Below are positions 9,917 through 20,678 of a DNA stretch of 64,000 bases, piece after piece. Position numbers and translations under genes: made by a program. Source of the DNA: an uncultured Erysipelothrix sp. (GTDB taxonomy: Bacteria > Bacillota_I > Bacilli_A > Erysipelotrichales > Erysipelotrichaceae); assembly GCA_964410635.1 (NCBI GenBank), contig CAYPHX010000001.1:486-64485 (forward strand), written 5' to 3'. Under the pieces are notes generated by a model. The model did no database searches. It was not told where the DNA came from and saw only the letters and a list, made by a program, of their open reading frames with translations. Positions within the stretch are counted from its first letter, which is position 1. Every line of letters starts with the position of its first letter.

Positions 9917-11275
9917 ATGATTAACCGTATAGAAATTTTAGAAACAAATCGAATGATTCAGGAACAACAATTGGACGTTAGAACAATAACAATGGGTATT
10001 AGCCTACTCGATTGTGCTGATTCAAATATTGATGTTTTCAATCAAAATATTTTCAATAAAATCACAACTTATGCTAAAGACTTAGTTAAAGTTGGAGAAG
10101 AGTTAGAAAGAGAATTGGGGATTCCAATTGTCAATAAACGTATTTCAGTGACACCCATTGCGATTGTTGCAGCAAGTTGTGATACAGATAGTTATGTATC
10201 CATTGCCCAAACATTAGATCGCGCCGCAAAGGAAGTTGGTGTTGATTTTATTGGTGGATTTAGTGCCTTAGTTCAAAAGGGTACAACACCTGCTGATGAA
10301 AAACTGATTAGAAGTCTTCCAGAAGCACTTGCTAAAACAGATAAAGTTTGCGCAAGTATCAACCTTGCATCCACAAAAAGTGGTATGAACATGGATGCTA
10401 TTAAGGATATGGGACAAATTATTTTAGACTGTGCTGAACACACAAAAGACAATGACAGTTTAGGTTGTGCTAAGTTGGTCGTATTTTGTAATTCAGTCGA
10501 AGATAATCCATTCATGGCAGGGGCATATCATGGTGTAGGTGAGGGCGATGTTGTCATTAACGTTGGTATCTCAGGACCTGGTGTTGTGCGTTCTGCGCTG
10601 GTTGAAGCAAGAGACTTAGACTTTGAAGGATTATGCGAAACAATTAAACAAACAGCATTCAAAATTACCCGTGTGGGACAATTGGTTGCTCAAGAAGCAT
10701 CCTCAAGACTGAATGTGCCTTTTGGTATTATTGACCTGTCTTTAGCTCCAACACCTGCTGTAGGTGACAGTATTGCGGATATTTTCCGTGAGATGGGACT
10801 TGAAGAAGCAGGCGCACCGGGTACAACAGCGGCACTTGCATTATTAAATGATAATGTTAAAAAAGGTGGCGTAATGGCCTCAAGTTATGTTGGTGGACTC
10901 AGTGGTGCTTTTATTCCTATATCTGAAGATCAAGGGATGATAGAAGCTGTACAACGTGGTGCACTTACATTAGAAAAATTAGAAGCTATGACTTGTGTTT
11001 GTTCTGTAGGTTTAGATATGGTTGCAATACCTGGCGATACTAAAGCAAGTACCATTTCCGGTATTATTGCTGATGAGTGTGCGATTGGTATGATTAATCA
11101 AAAAACGACAGCTGTAAGAATTATTCCAGTACATGGTAAAAAGGTCGGAGAAATCGTCGAATTTGGTGGTCTTTTAGGATATGCTCCAATTATGCCAACA
11201 AATAACTTTGGTAACGAGAAATTTATTAATCGTGGTGGACGTATTCCTGCGCCAATCCATAGTTTTAAAAACTAA
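9917..11275 (+). CDS. PFL-like protein DUF711/UPF0210
   Basis: [37 protein letters not shown]. Confidence 0.95.
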   Translation: MINRIEILETNRMIQEQQLDVRTITMGISLLDCADSNIDVFNQNIFNKITTYAKDLVKVGEELERELGIPIVNKRISVTPIAIVAASCDTDSYVSIAQTLDRAAKEVGVDFIGGFSALVQKGTTPADEKLIRSLPEALAKTDKVCASINLASTKSGMNMDAIKDMGQIILDCAEHTKDNDSLGCAKLVVFCNSVEDNPFMAGAYHGVGEGDVVINVGISGPGVVRSALVEARDLDFEGLCETIKQTAFKITRVGQLVAQEASSRLNVPFGIIDLSLAPTPAVGDSIADIFREMGLEEAGAPGTTAALALLNDNVKKGGVMASSYVGGLSGAFIPISEDQGMIEAVQRGALTLEKLEAMTCVCSVGLDMVAIPGDTKASTISGIIADECAIGMINQKTTAVRIIPVHGKKVGEIVEFGGLLGYAPIMPTNNFGNEKFINRGGRIPAPIHSFKN

Positions 11276-11652
11276 TGAAAAACTTTATAAATCAAGAGGG
11301 CTTTGATCAACATCTTGGATATCAATATATATCCAGTGATAAAGATGCGGCTCACTTACAATTAGAAATTAAGAAATTCCATCAAAATGTTCATGGCTAT
11401 GTCCATGGCGGTTTATATTACAGTATCAGTGATGCTGCAAGTGGCTTTGTAGTGAAAGAGTCAGAAGGTAACTGGGTTACTTTGAATGGTTCGATAAACT
11501 ATCTAAAGGCTGCCAAAAAAGGTATACTAGATGTGTACGCAAAAAGGATCTCTCACTCATCAAAAACTTCAATTATTGATGTTTCAATCTATAATGAAGA
11601 TGTTTTAGTGACAAAGGGAACTTTTACAATGTACAATATTGATAAAAAATAG
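11275..11652 (+). CDS. PaaI-family hotdog thioesterase
   Basis: NVHGYVHGGLYYSISDAASG, INYLKA. Confidence 0.9.
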   Translation: MKNFINQEGFDQHLGYQYISSDKDAAHLQLEIKKFHQNVHGYVHGGLYYSISDAASGFVVKESEGNWVTLNGSINYLKAAKKGILDVYAKRISHSSKTSIIDVSIYNEDVLVTKGTFTMYNIDKK

Positions 11653-11666
11653 AAAGAGGAATGCAC

Positions 11667-12320
11667 ATGCCTATTACAATTTATTTAACGCGACATGGTG
11701 AAACAATCTTTAATGTTAAAGAATATATTCAAGGACAATCGGATGCACCATTAACAGAAAATGGTGTTGAAGGAGCGAAGCAATTGGGACGAAATATGAA
11801 ACACATCCCATTTGATCTAGCAATCGCATCTGATTTGAGACGCGCTATCACCACAAGAAACATTATCTTGGATGAAAATTCACATTCACGCCCAGAAACT
11901 TTAATTAATCCTGACTTTGGAGAACTAGATTTTGGGGCACACGAAGGTGATGATGGTTCAACTTATTGGGATGATAAAGGAAAAGAACACGGTTTAGACT
12001 TTTATCAAATTGGTAAAGATGATATGTTTGAGAAATTTGATCATGTATATCATGAAACAGATAATCCAATTGCAGAACGTGGAGATGCTTTTAAAGCAAG
12101 AATCACAAAAGCACTTGAAGATACCATTGCTTTAGCCAAAGAAAAAGACTTAAAAGAAATTCTAGTAGTATCTCATGGTCTTGTAGTTATGGGAGCGATT
12201 CAATTATATAATGATCATTTAGAATATGATGGTAATATATATAATGCTTCTGTTACAAAACTTGTATATGAAGATGGAAAACTATCAATTGAGTATATTG
12301 GTCGAAGAGAAGATATTTAA
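11667..12320 (+). CDS. Histidine phosphatase family protein
   Basis: YLTRHGET, SDLRRA, ELDFG, VSHG. Confidence 0.92.
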   Translation: MPITIYLTRHGETIFNVKEYIQGQSDAPLTENGVEGAKQLGRNMKHIPFDLAIASDLRRAITTRNIILDENSHSRPETLINPDFGELDFGAHEGDDGSTYWDDKGKEHGLDFYQIGKDDMFEKFDHVYHETDNPIAERGDAFKARITKALEDTIALAKEKDLKEILVVSHGLVVMGAIQLYNDHLEYDGNIYNASVTKLVYEDGKLSIEYIGRREDI

Positions 12321-12324
12321 TCAT

Positions 12325-12368
12325 AAAAAAAATAGAGTCGCTGTCTTAATTGACAGTGACTCTATTTT
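12325..12368. terminator. Bidirectional terminator between convergent genes
   Basis: AAAATAGAGTCGCTGTC/GACAGTGACTCTATTTT inverted repeat. Confidence 0.85.
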
Positions 12369-12377
12369 AATTTCTAA

Positions 12378-13817
12378 TTACTTTTCATTTTCATGTAGTA
12401 GAGCTAATTTAAGGTCATATAACTTTTGACTTAAGTCTACATAGTAGTTATGTGGGTAGTGAAGACGTTTAACTTCATCCCAGAAAGTGTCCCTTTCAAG
12501 TTCTGCATAAACAGAAATATCAAATAGGGAAACATCTTTATAGACATATTCACCTTTTTTAAAGATTGGAACTTGTAGTTCTCTAACTGTATAATTTGTG
12601 AGAGTTTTACGTTTCCAAGGTGCAGCTGGATCAAATATTTCTAATTCATCCAGTGGAATCACTTCATCATGCATCGCAATATAATCTGCTAATGCTTTGT
12701 TGGTTTCATTGTCATAGAAACGATAGAGACGTTTGTAACCAGGATTTGTAATTTTACCGATATTATCAGAAATTTTAATCTTTGGTACAATTTCACCATT
12801 CACTTCTTGTGCTGTCAGTTTATAGACACCACCTAAGACAGGTTCTGATTTTGAAGTAATTAAGTTTTCTCCAACACCAAATTGATCAATCTCAGCGCCT
12901 TGATAAATTAGGTCATCAATAATGTGCTCATCAAGTGAGTTTGATGCCATAATATTACAATCTTCCATTCCGGCAGCATCCAGAAGCTTACGCGCTTCTT
13001 TAGATAGATAAGCCAAGTCACCCGAATCTAAACGGATTGCTTTAAGTCTGTGACCAAGCGGGTGTAAAATCTCTTTAGCTACCTTTATCGCATTTGGCAC
13101 TCCGGATTTTAATGTATCAAATGTATCAACTAAGAAAACTGAGTTCTCAGGGTTAATGCGTGCATAGCTTACGAAAGCTTCATATTCAGAATCGTGTAAT
13201 TGAATGAATGAGTGAGCCATAGTTCCAGATACATAAGCACCATATTTTTGACCTGCAAGTGTATGGGATGTTCCCACAGCCCCTGCAATAATTGCTGAAC
13301 GTGCTCCTTCAAGTGAAGCATCAAATCCGTGTGCACGACGTGCACCAAACTCTAATACCGCACGCCCCCTTGCTGCAGTAACAATACGACTTGCTTTAGT
13401 CGCAACAAGTGTTGGGTAGTTAATCGCAAGTAGGACCATTGTTTCAATGAGTTGTGCCTGAATTACAGTTCCTTTAACGGTAATTAAAGGCTCATTCGCA
13501 AAGACAACAGTACCATCTTCAACAGCCCAAATGTCAAGTTCCAGTTCCATGTTTCTTAAGTAAGTTAGGAAATCTTCATCGATAAATCCACATTCTCTTA
13601 AATAATCAATGTGACGGTCTTGAAATCTAAAGTGTTTAATCCCTTCGATTAAGCGCGCCAATCCACTGAAAATCATATAACCACCTGAATCAGGTATCTT
13701 CCTTGTGAACATATCAAAGTAAACAATCTCTTCATGCTTATTCTCTTTGAAATAAGTATAAGCCATCGAGAATTCATATAAATCGGTTAGAAAAACCACA
13801 TCATCTAGTAAAATCAT
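12378..13817 (-). CDS. pncB: Nicotinate phosphoribosyltransferase
   Basis: TDLYEFSM, EFGARRAH, GTMAHS, IRLDSGDL, GGVYKL. Confidence 0.97.
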   Translation of the reverse strand: MILLDDVVFLTDLYEFSMAYTYFKENKHEEIVYFDMFTRKIPDSGGYMIFSGLARLIEGIKHFRFQDRHIDYLRECGFIDEDFLTYLRNMELELDIWAVEDGTVVFANEPLITVKGTVIQAQLIETMVLLAINYPTLVATKASRIVTAARGRAVLEFGARRAHGFDASLEGARSAIIAGAVGTSHTLAGQKYGAYVSGTMAHSFIQLHDSEYEAFVSYARINPENSVFLVDTFDTLKSGVPNAIKVAKEILHPLGHRLKAIRLDSGDLAYLSKEARKLLDAAGMEDCNIMASNSLDEHIIDDLIYQGAEIDQFGVGENLITSKSEPVLGGVYKLTAQEVNGEIVPKIKISDNIGKITNPGYKRLYRFYDNETNKALADYIAMHDEVIPLDELEIFDPAAPWKRKTLTNYTVRELQVPIFKKGEYVYKDVSLFDISVYAELERDTFWDEVKRLHYPHNYYVDLSQKLYDLKLALLHENEK

Positions 13818-13884
13818 AGCTTGTGCTCCTTTTAATAGTGTATAATATTAATTCAATGACATTATAACATATGGAGGACATCTT

Positions 13885-15105
13885 ATGTACCAAGCAGAAA
13901 ATTTTAAAGATAATCCCGGGATTAATATAATCCACGATAATAAGTTTAATGAAGTAATTTTTTCGATTCGTATAACATTTGATTTAAGCGACACTTATGC
14001 AACACTCGCAAATGTAATGGCGAATCTTTTTGATGACCGTTTAGTAAAATACCCTAATAAAAAAGCAATGTTGGCGCTGACTGATTCTCTTTATGGTGTC
14101 AAAACAAGTGCTAGAACTTATTCAGTAGGGAAGTTTCAAGTAATTGAAATTACATTAAGAGGCATTAACGAATCCTTTGTAGATGAGAATTTACATCAAG
14201 AGTATGTTGATTTATTATTAGAAATACTCAAAGAACCACTCATCAATGAAGATACATTTAAGGAAGCAAAAAAAGATGCAGCTCAAACACTTGTTCGAAT
14301 TGAGGAATCGCCATCCGATTATGCGCTTTTCGAAAGCTTTAAGCGTGCTGGTAAAGATCAGTTGTTTGGCGTGAATGTATATGGCACAAAAGAGAAACTC
14401 GATGCAATGACACTTGAAGATATTCAATCCTTTCATAAGTTGTGTGTAAATTCATTTACCAAAGAACTCTATGCAGTAGGGCGTTTTGATAATTTAAACT
14501 TAAAGATTGAACAAGTATTTAGTGAACCTATTGAAAGTGCATCACATAAAACAAAGATTGAAGAAATCATCAGTGTTGAAACATATCAAGGTAATCAATC
14601 AGAAATGATTCAAGTTTATGAAACAGATATCACACCAAGTCATGACTTATATTATAGTTATTTGGTGATGCTTGCTGTTTTAGGACAATCGCCCACATCA
14701 CTTCTCTTCCAAAATATTCGCGAGAAAAACTCAATGAGCTATTCTATCTATGCATCACAACTCATTTTTGATGGCTTATTTTATATTGCGACATCCATCA
14801 GTCAAGAGAATGAAGACAAAGTAATGGCTTTAATAGAAGAACAATTTGATCTGATTAAAGAAGGATCATTTGATTTGGATGCCGCAAAGAATTTCTTAAT
14901 AAACCGTATATCAGGAACACGTGAAAATCCAAGACAATTATTAGAGTTTCATGCAAGAAATAAAAGAATGCAACTCAATGACACACCAGAAGATTTGATT
15001 GAAAATTTTTCTAAAGTCACCAAGGAATCAGTGATTGCTTCTTTACAAGATGTTAAAAGTCACTATACATACATTTATAGAGGTATTGAAGATGAAACAA
15101 ATTAA
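13885..15105 (+). CDS. ymfF: M16 peptidase family, inactive subunit (YmfF-like)
   Basis: SLLFQNIREKNSMSYSI; no HxxEH; paired with downstream active subunit. Confidence 0.8.
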   Translation: MYQAENFKDNPGINIIHDNKFNEVIFSIRITFDLSDTYATLANVMANLFDDRLVKYPNKKAMLALTDSLYGVKTSARTYSVGKFQVIEITLRGINESFVDENLHQEYVDLLLEILKEPLINEDTFKEAKKDAAQTLVRIEESPSDYALFESFKRAGKDQLFGVNVYGTKEKLDAMTLEDIQSFHKLCVNSFTKELYAVGRFDNLNLKIEQVFSEPIESASHKTKIEEIISVETYQGNQSEMIQVYETDITPSHDLYYSYLVMLAVLGQSPTSLLFQNIREKNSMSYSIYASQLIFDGLFYIATSISQENEDKVMALIEEQFDLIKEGSFDLDAAKNFLINRISGTRENPRQLLEFHARNKRMQLNDTPEDLIENFSKVTKESVIASLQDVKSHYTYIYRGIEDETN

Positions 15106-16345
15106 AAATGAATTTAATGAAATTGCATATAATTTTAAAACTAAAGAAGGTCTAAGCACAACTATAATTCATAAGCCTGGCTTCAAAAGATCAGTTGCTG
15201 CACTTGGAACTTCCTTTGGTTCTATTAACCTAACACAAAAAGTGGATGGAAAAATTGTAGAACATAAAAAAGGTTTGGCTCACTTTTTAGAGCATAAATT
15301 ATTTGATGATGAAGGTGAGGATATCTTAGCTAAATTTTCCAAATATGGAGCAAATGCGAATGCCTTTACTTCCTTTGACCAAACAGTCTATTACTTCAAC
15401 ACAAATATGGATGTTGTAGAACCTTTAAAACTACTGCTTACATTTGTGAATCGCTTTGATATTACAGAAGCATCAGTAGAAAAAGAAAAAGGGATTATTG
15501 TAGAAGAACTTAGAATGTATGACAAAATGCCTGAGATGACACTCCTAATGAAGACATATGACAGTGTGTATCACAGTTTCCCGATGAAATACGACATTGG
15601 AGGAACAGAAGATAGCGTTAATGAAACAACACTCGAAGATCTAAATACGGCATATGCTTTAAACTATAATCCAAACAAGATGTCATTAATGATAATTACT
15701 GGAGATGAGCCACAAAAAATTAAAGAGATCGTTGATTCTGTTGATATCAATCTTGAAACATATCGTGTTGAAGATGTATTTGAAAAAGAACCACTTGAAG
15801 TCGTAAGAGAAAATCATGTAATTCCATTTAACGTTAAGACTGATAAAATGAGCTTAAGTTTTAAATTTAAATATGATGGACATGATACACTCTTTGATGA
15901 ATTTGCGATTCGTATGATTCTAGCATTAAACTTCACAGAATTTAATGATGCTTACCAAACTTGGCTTGATGATGAGATTATCAATGACTTCTTCAGTTAC
16001 GATGTTGATTTACGCGATGGTTTTGGGGTTGTTTGCTTCTTTAATGAAGGGGATAAGCACGAAGTGTTCCAAGATGTGATTAAAAACACAATATCATCAT
16101 TAAAAATTGATGAACTATGTTATAATCAAATTAAGAAACGTTATTATGGTCAGACAATATTGTCTTTAAGTCAATATGATCGTTATGCATTGAATATGTT
16201 AAGTGCACATTTCAAAGGATATAATTATTACGATTACTTAAGTAAAATTAAGGATATTGAAATAAGTCAATTAGAAGACTTGCTGAAACTATTTGAGCAT
16301 ACTTCGACTTCATTCAATTTAATGACTTCCCATGATAATGTCTAG
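15092..16345 (+). CDS. ymfH: M16 zinc peptidase (YmfH-like)
   Basis: GLAHFLEHKLF, NAFTSFDQT, VEKEKGIIVEE. Confidence 0.9.
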   Translation: MKQIKNEFNEIAYNFKTKEGLSTTIIHKPGFKRSVAALGTSFGSINLTQKVDGKIVEHKKGLAHFLEHKLFDDEGEDILAKFSKYGANANAFTSFDQTVYYFNTNMDVVEPLKLLLTFVNRFDITEASVEKEKGIIVEELRMYDKMPEMTLLMKTYDSVYHSFPMKYDIGGTEDSVNETTLEDLNTAYALNYNPNKMSLMIITGDEPQKIKEIVDSVDINLETYRVEDVFEKEPLEVVRENHVIPFNVKTDKMSLSFKFKYDGHDTLFDEFAIRMILALNFTEFNDAYQTWLDDEIINDFFSYDVDLRDGFGVVCFFNEGDKHEVFQDVIKNTISSLKIDELCYNQIKKRYYGQTILSLSQYDRYALNMLSAHFKGYNYYDYLSKIKDIEISQLEDLLKLFEHTSTSFNLMTSHDNV

Positions 16346-16359
16346 TTAGGGGGTTAATT

Positions 16360-16650
16360 ATGAATGCATTTCAGATTATGGGGTACTACATTGAAAAACC
16401 AACGGATTTCAAAACCCATAATTCAAAACTCTACGCAATGATTAAAGTTGCAGCTCAAAAGAATTTCATGAGTTCATTTGAAGTTGAACCTTTAGTAGAG
16501 TTCGATGTAATTGTATGGAAAGGGATGTCACGAGAATTCTTAGAATCTATCCCACTTCATTCAATTGTAGGTGTCAGAGGTCGATTAGAAATAATCGATG
16601 ACAATCTCATGTTGGTTGCAGAGCATATCGAAAAGCTAGAACCAATGTAA
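16360..16650 (+). CDS. Short, divergent SSB-like OB-fold protein
   Basis: MNxxxIxG, FDVIVWKG, IVGVRGRL and VAEHI align with the SSB OB fold; no acidic tail. Confidence 0.7.
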   Translation: MNAFQIMGYYIEKPTDFKTHNSKLYAMIKVAAQKNFMSSFEVEPLVEFDVIVWKGMSREFLESIPLHSIVGVRGRLEIIDDNLMLVAEHIEKLEPM

Positions 16651-16660
16651 ATTAAAATCG

Positions 16661-16690
16661 AAAGTCTTGATTATTTTCAAGACTTTTTTT
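16661..16690 (+). terminator. Intrinsic terminator
   Basis: AAAGTCTTGA/TCAAGACTTT plus T run. Confidence 0.8.
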
Positions 16691-16723
16691 AAGCTCATAC
16701 GCACTCGAGGTTTCTTTAAATCT

Positions 16724-16752
16724 TTCACTTATTGCTATGAATTGTGTATAAT
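16724..16752 (+). promoter_or_regulatory. SigA promoter of the thyA operon
   Basis: TTCACT-17 bp-TATAAT. Confidence 0.6.
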
Positions 16753-16768
16753 GAAGTAAGGTGATAAC

Positions 16769-17638
16769 ATGAAACAATATTTAGATTTATGTCGCCATGT
16801 ATTAGAACATGGTGAAGATAGAAATGATCGAACTCAAACAGGAACACGTAGCGTCTTTGGTTATCAAATGCGCTTTGATCTTCAGGAAGGTTTTCCGCTA
16901 CTAACAACTAAAAGAGTTTACTTTCCAGCACTTGCTAAAGAGTTGCTTTGGTTTATCAGTGGGGATACTAATATTCAATGGCTTGTTCAAAACAATGTAA
17001 GAATATGGAACGAATGGCCTTATGAAAACTTTAAGAAAAGTGAAGATTTTAATAATGAAACTTTAGAAGAATTTGTCGAGCGCATCAAAACAGATGATGT
17101 CTTCGCAAAAAAACATGGTGACTTAGGTCCAGTATACGGAAAACAATGGCGTGATTTTGAAGGTGTTGACCAACTTAATAATGTCATTGACCAAATAAAA
17201 AATAATCCAACATCCAGACGTATTATTTTAAGTGCTTGGAACCCACCATATATTGAAGAGATGGCATTACCGCCATGTCATGCCTTTATGCAGTTTTATG
17301 TGAGTGATGATGGCAAGTTGTCCTTACAACTCTATCAACGTTCAGCTGATATATTCTTAGGGGTACCTTTTAACATTGCATCGTATGCATTACTACTTCA
17401 TATGATAGCTAAAATAACTGATTTAGAAGTTGGAGAGTTTGTACATACATTGGGCGATGCACATATTTACTCAAATCATTTTGATGTAATTAATACACAA
17501 CTTTCAAGATCGATAAAAGATTTACCTAAACTTGTCATTCATGGCAATCAAAAATCAATCGAAGACTTTAAGTTTGAAGATTTTGAAATTATTAATTATG
17601 AGCCACATGGCCGTTTAGTAGGGAAGGTTGCTGTATAA
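16769..17638 (+). CDS. thyA: Thymidylate synthase
   Basis: [42 protein letters not shown]. Confidence 0.99.
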   Translation: MKQYLDLCRHVLEHGEDRNDRTQTGTRSVFGYQMRFDLQEGFPLLTTKRVYFPALAKELLWFISGDTNIQWLVQNNVRIWNEWPYENFKKSEDFNNETLEEFVERIKTDDVFAKKHGDLGPVYGKQWRDFEGVDQLNNVIDQIKNNPTSRRIILSAWNPPYIEEMALPPCHAFMQFYVSDDGKLSLQLYQRSADIFLGVPFNIASYALLLHMIAKITDLEVGEFVHTLGDAHIYSNHFDVINTQLSRSIKDLPKLVIHGNQKSIEDFKFEDFEIINYEPHGRLVGKVAV

Positions 17639-18093
17639 TGATTACATTAGTTGTAGCAATCAACAGCAAATCTACCATTGGCTTAAATGGTGAGATGCCA
17701 TGGCGTAATAAAGAAGATTTAAAACACTTTAAGAATTATACGATGGGTAAGAAAATGTTAATGGGTCGTAAAACCTTTGAAGGTTTGCCAAAAACATTAG
17801 AAGGTCGTGACATCTATGTTGTCACACGACAAAAAGACTATCCTAAGGGTGTTCAAGATTTAACAGCATATTTAGAAAACAACCAGGATGATGAACTTAT
17901 TGTTGCAGGGGGTGGCGAGATTTATAAAATCGCAATGCCTTATGCTGATAAGATTGTATTATCTATCATTCATGATAATGATGTTGTTGGGGATACATTT
18001 TTCCCAAACATTGATGCACAAGAATTTAGAGAAGTAAAAAGAGAAGTAAAAGATACATTTACTTTAGTAACATATGAAAGAAGGTCAGACTAA
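17638..18093 (+). CDS. folA: Dihydrofolate reductase
   Basis: IGLNGEMPW, MGRKTFE, GGGEIY, GDTFFP. Confidence 0.97.
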   Translation: MITLVVAINSKSTIGLNGEMPWRNKEDLKHFKNYTMGKKMLMGRKTFEGLPKTLEGRDIYVVTRQKDYPKGVQDLTAYLENNQDDELIVAGGGEIYKIAMPYADKIVLSIIHDNDVVGDTFFPNIDAQEFREVKREVKDTFTLVTYERRSD

Positions 18094-18094
18094 G

Positions 18095-19396
18095 ATGAGA
18101 ATCGTAGAAATAATAGAAAAGAAACGTGATAATAAAGTTTTAACTCAAGAAGAAATTAATTTTTGGATTCAAGGTATAAAAGATAAAACTGTACCAAGTT
18201 ATCAAAGTTCGGCACTTTTAATGGCGATTACAATCAATGGCATGGATATGGAAGAAACAACCTATCTAACTGAAGCAATGGTTGCATCAGGTCAAGTCAT
18301 TGATCTCAGTGCAATTGAAGGCTTGAAAGTAGACAAACACTCAACAGGTGGCGTTGGCGATAAAACTTCTATTGTTTTAGGACCTATTGTTGCAAGTTGT
18401 GGCGGTAAGGTTGCAAAAATGAGTGGTAGAGGCCTGGGTCATACAGGTGGTACACTGGATAAATTAGAAAGTATTTCAGGGTTTAATGTTTCTTTAACTC
18501 AAGAAGCATTCATTGATCAAGTTAATAAATTAAATATTGCAATTATCGGACAAACAGACAATCTTGTTTTTGCGGATAAAGTGCTTTATGCACTCAGAGA
18601 TGTTACTGGAACAGTATCGTCACTACCTCTAATTGCATCATCCATCATGTCAAAGAAAATTGCTGGTGGGGCCGATGCGATTGTACTGGATGTTAAATAC
18701 GGTGAAGGTGCATTCATGAAGACGAAAGATGAAGCAGTTGCTTTAGCAGAAGTCATGATTGCTATTGGTAAGAATTTAGGGCGTGATGTCACGGCAATGA
18801 TTACAAATATGAATCAACCATTAGGTGAAACTATTGGTAATGCACTTGAGATTTATGAGTCTATAAGAACACTACAAGATAGCGGTCCACAAGACTTAAA
18901 AGAGATTTGCTTGGTTGCAGCTGCCCATATGCTCGTTCATGGTGGTCAAGCTGAATCCTTTACTGAAGGATATGACAAAGCACTGCACTCAATAACAAGT
19001 GGTGAAGCCTTTGATGTATTTAAAGAGTGGATTTCTGCCCAAGGTGGAAGTTTAGCATTTTTGAATAACTTAGGATCATTTATTGATGCAAAATATAAAA
19101 TGAATATATATGCTGATACAGCAGGATACATTACAGATACTAAAGCATTAGAATTGGGATTAATCTCAGCTAAGCTTGGTGCAGGTCGTCAAAAAGTCAG
19201 TGATGTTATTGATATGAAGGCCGGCATTGTCCTAAACAAGAAAATGGGCGATGAGGTAAAAGAGGGTACATTACTTGGAATCCTTCAAAGTTCATCACCA
19301 ATTGATCCAAGTTTAGAACAAGAATTTAAAGATTGCTATATCATTGGTGCAGATGCAGTCGCAGCACCAAAACTTATTGAAGCAATCATAGATTAG
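18095..19396 (+). CDS. pdp: Pyrimidine-nucleoside phosphorylase
   Basis: DKHSTGGVGDK, KMSGRGLGHTGGTLDKLES. Confidence 0.97.
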   Translation: MRIVEIIEKKRDNKVLTQEEINFWIQGIKDKTVPSYQSSALLMAITINGMDMEETTYLTEAMVASGQVIDLSAIEGLKVDKHSTGGVGDKTSIVLGPIVASCGGKVAKMSGRGLGHTGGTLDKLESISGFNVSLTQEAFIDQVNKLNIAIIGQTDNLVFADKVLYALRDVTGTVSSLPLIASSIMSKKIAGGADAIVLDVKYGEGAFMKTKDEAVALAEVMIAIGKNLGRDVTAMITNMNQPLGETIGNALEIYESIRTLQDSGPQDLKEICLVAAAHMLVHGGQAESFTEGYDKALHSITSGEAFDVFKEWISAQGGSLAFLNNLGSFIDAKYKMNIYADTAGYITDTKALELGLISAKLGAGRQKVSDVIDMKAGIVLNKKMGDEVKEGTLLGILQSSSPIDPSLEQEFKDCYIIGADAVAAPKLIEAIID

Positions 19397-19404
19397 GAGT
19401 CATT

Positions 19405-20130
19405 ATGCAATTTGAAGTATCAATTGACCAGTTTTCTGGTCCATTAGATTTAATGCTATATTTAATCAAGGATAAAAAGCTTGATCTTTTTGAGTTGAAT
19501 ATTGTTGAACTCGCTGATCAATATATTGCATTTATAAATCATGCAGAAGATGAAAAACTTGAAGTTGCAAGTGAGTATATAAGTGAATTAGCAGGTCTTA
19601 TAGAATATAAAAGTAAAAAACTATTACCTCGCGATACATCTGAACTTGATGCAAAAGATTTAGATGAACAAGAAACAGACTTAATCCGAAGATTATTGGA
19701 GTATCAAAGATATAAAGAAGTCAGTCTTAAATTGGCCGAAAGATTTAATGAAAGAATGTTGCATTTCACAACACCTGTATCAAATACTCTTTTTGGCGAG
19801 TTGAAAAAAGAGGTAGACCGTTCTGTTCAATACGAACACTCAGTCTATGACTTAATGCGCGCAATGGAAAAAGTACTCACTCGATATAAAATGAGTAACC
19901 CTTTAGATGTATCGATTGAAAGACAAGAATTATCTGTTGAAGATCGTATCATTACCCTAAAAACACGCTTTTTAGGTGAGAAACTCGTATCTTTAGATGA
20001 TTTATTGTTAGAATCACCCAATATGCATCATTTACTTGTGACATTCTTAGGAATTTTAGATATGATTAGGCTTGGTGATTTAATGATGTCTGCACAAGAA
20101 GACGTCATTTACTTGAAGGGGGTTATTTAA
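19405..20130 (+). CDS. scpA: Segregation and condensation protein A
   Basis: FSGPLDLMLYLI, RLLEYQRYK, VTFLGILD. Confidence 0.96.
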   Translation: MQFEVSIDQFSGPLDLMLYLIKDKKLDLFELNIVELADQYIAFINHAEDEKLEVASEYISELAGLIEYKSKKLLPRDTSELDAKDLDEQETDLIRRLLEYQRYKEVSLKLAERFNERMLHFTTPVSNTLFGELKKEVDRSVQYEHSVYDLMRAMEKVLTRYKMSNPLDVSIERQELSVEDRIITLKTRFLGEKLVSLDDLLLESPNMHHLLVTFLGILDMIRLGDLMMSAQEDVIYLKGVI

Positions 20131-20678
20131 TGGAAAATAAGGTGGCTTTAGAAGCATTATTATTTGCCTTCGGAGATGAAGGCGTAGACAAAAAAGATGT
20201 ACAAGAAAAGTTTTTAATGGATGACACTACATTTGAAGAATTTATTTCACTATTTGTAGCCTCATATGAAACAGAAAGCTCTGCTTTACAATGTGTTGAA
20301 TATGGTGGACGCTTAAAACTGATTACTAAGAAAGAACATCACGGACTGATTACAGAGTTTTTAGAAATTAATACAAGTAAAAACTTTTCTCAAGCTGCAC
20401 TTGAGACTTTAGCAATTATTGCTTATAAACAACCAATCACAAGACTCGAGATAGAAGAGATTCGCGGTGTAAACAGTGATATGATGTGTCGAAGACTTGA
20501 AGCACTTGAACTCATAAGAGAAGCAGGACGTGCTGATGCGATTGGTCGTCCTATATTATATGAAGTTACCGATGGATTTATGGATGTATTCAAATTGACT
20601 TCACTTGAAGAACTCCCAGAAATTAAAATAGAAGAAATGGTGGAAGAAAATGGATTATTCAAAACAAACAATGACTAG
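20130..20678 (+). CDS. scpB: Segregation and condensation protein B
   Basis: SQAALETLAIIAYKQPITRLEIEEIRGV, GRPILY. Confidence 0.97.
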   Translation: MENKVALEALLFAFGDEGVDKKDVQEKFLMDDTTFEEFISLFVASYETESSALQCVEYGGRLKLITKKEHHGLITEFLEINTSKNFSQAALETLAIIAYKQPITRLEIEEIRGVNSDMMCRRLEALELIREAGRADAIGRPILYEVTDGFMDVFKLTSLEELPEIKIEEMVEENGLFKTNND

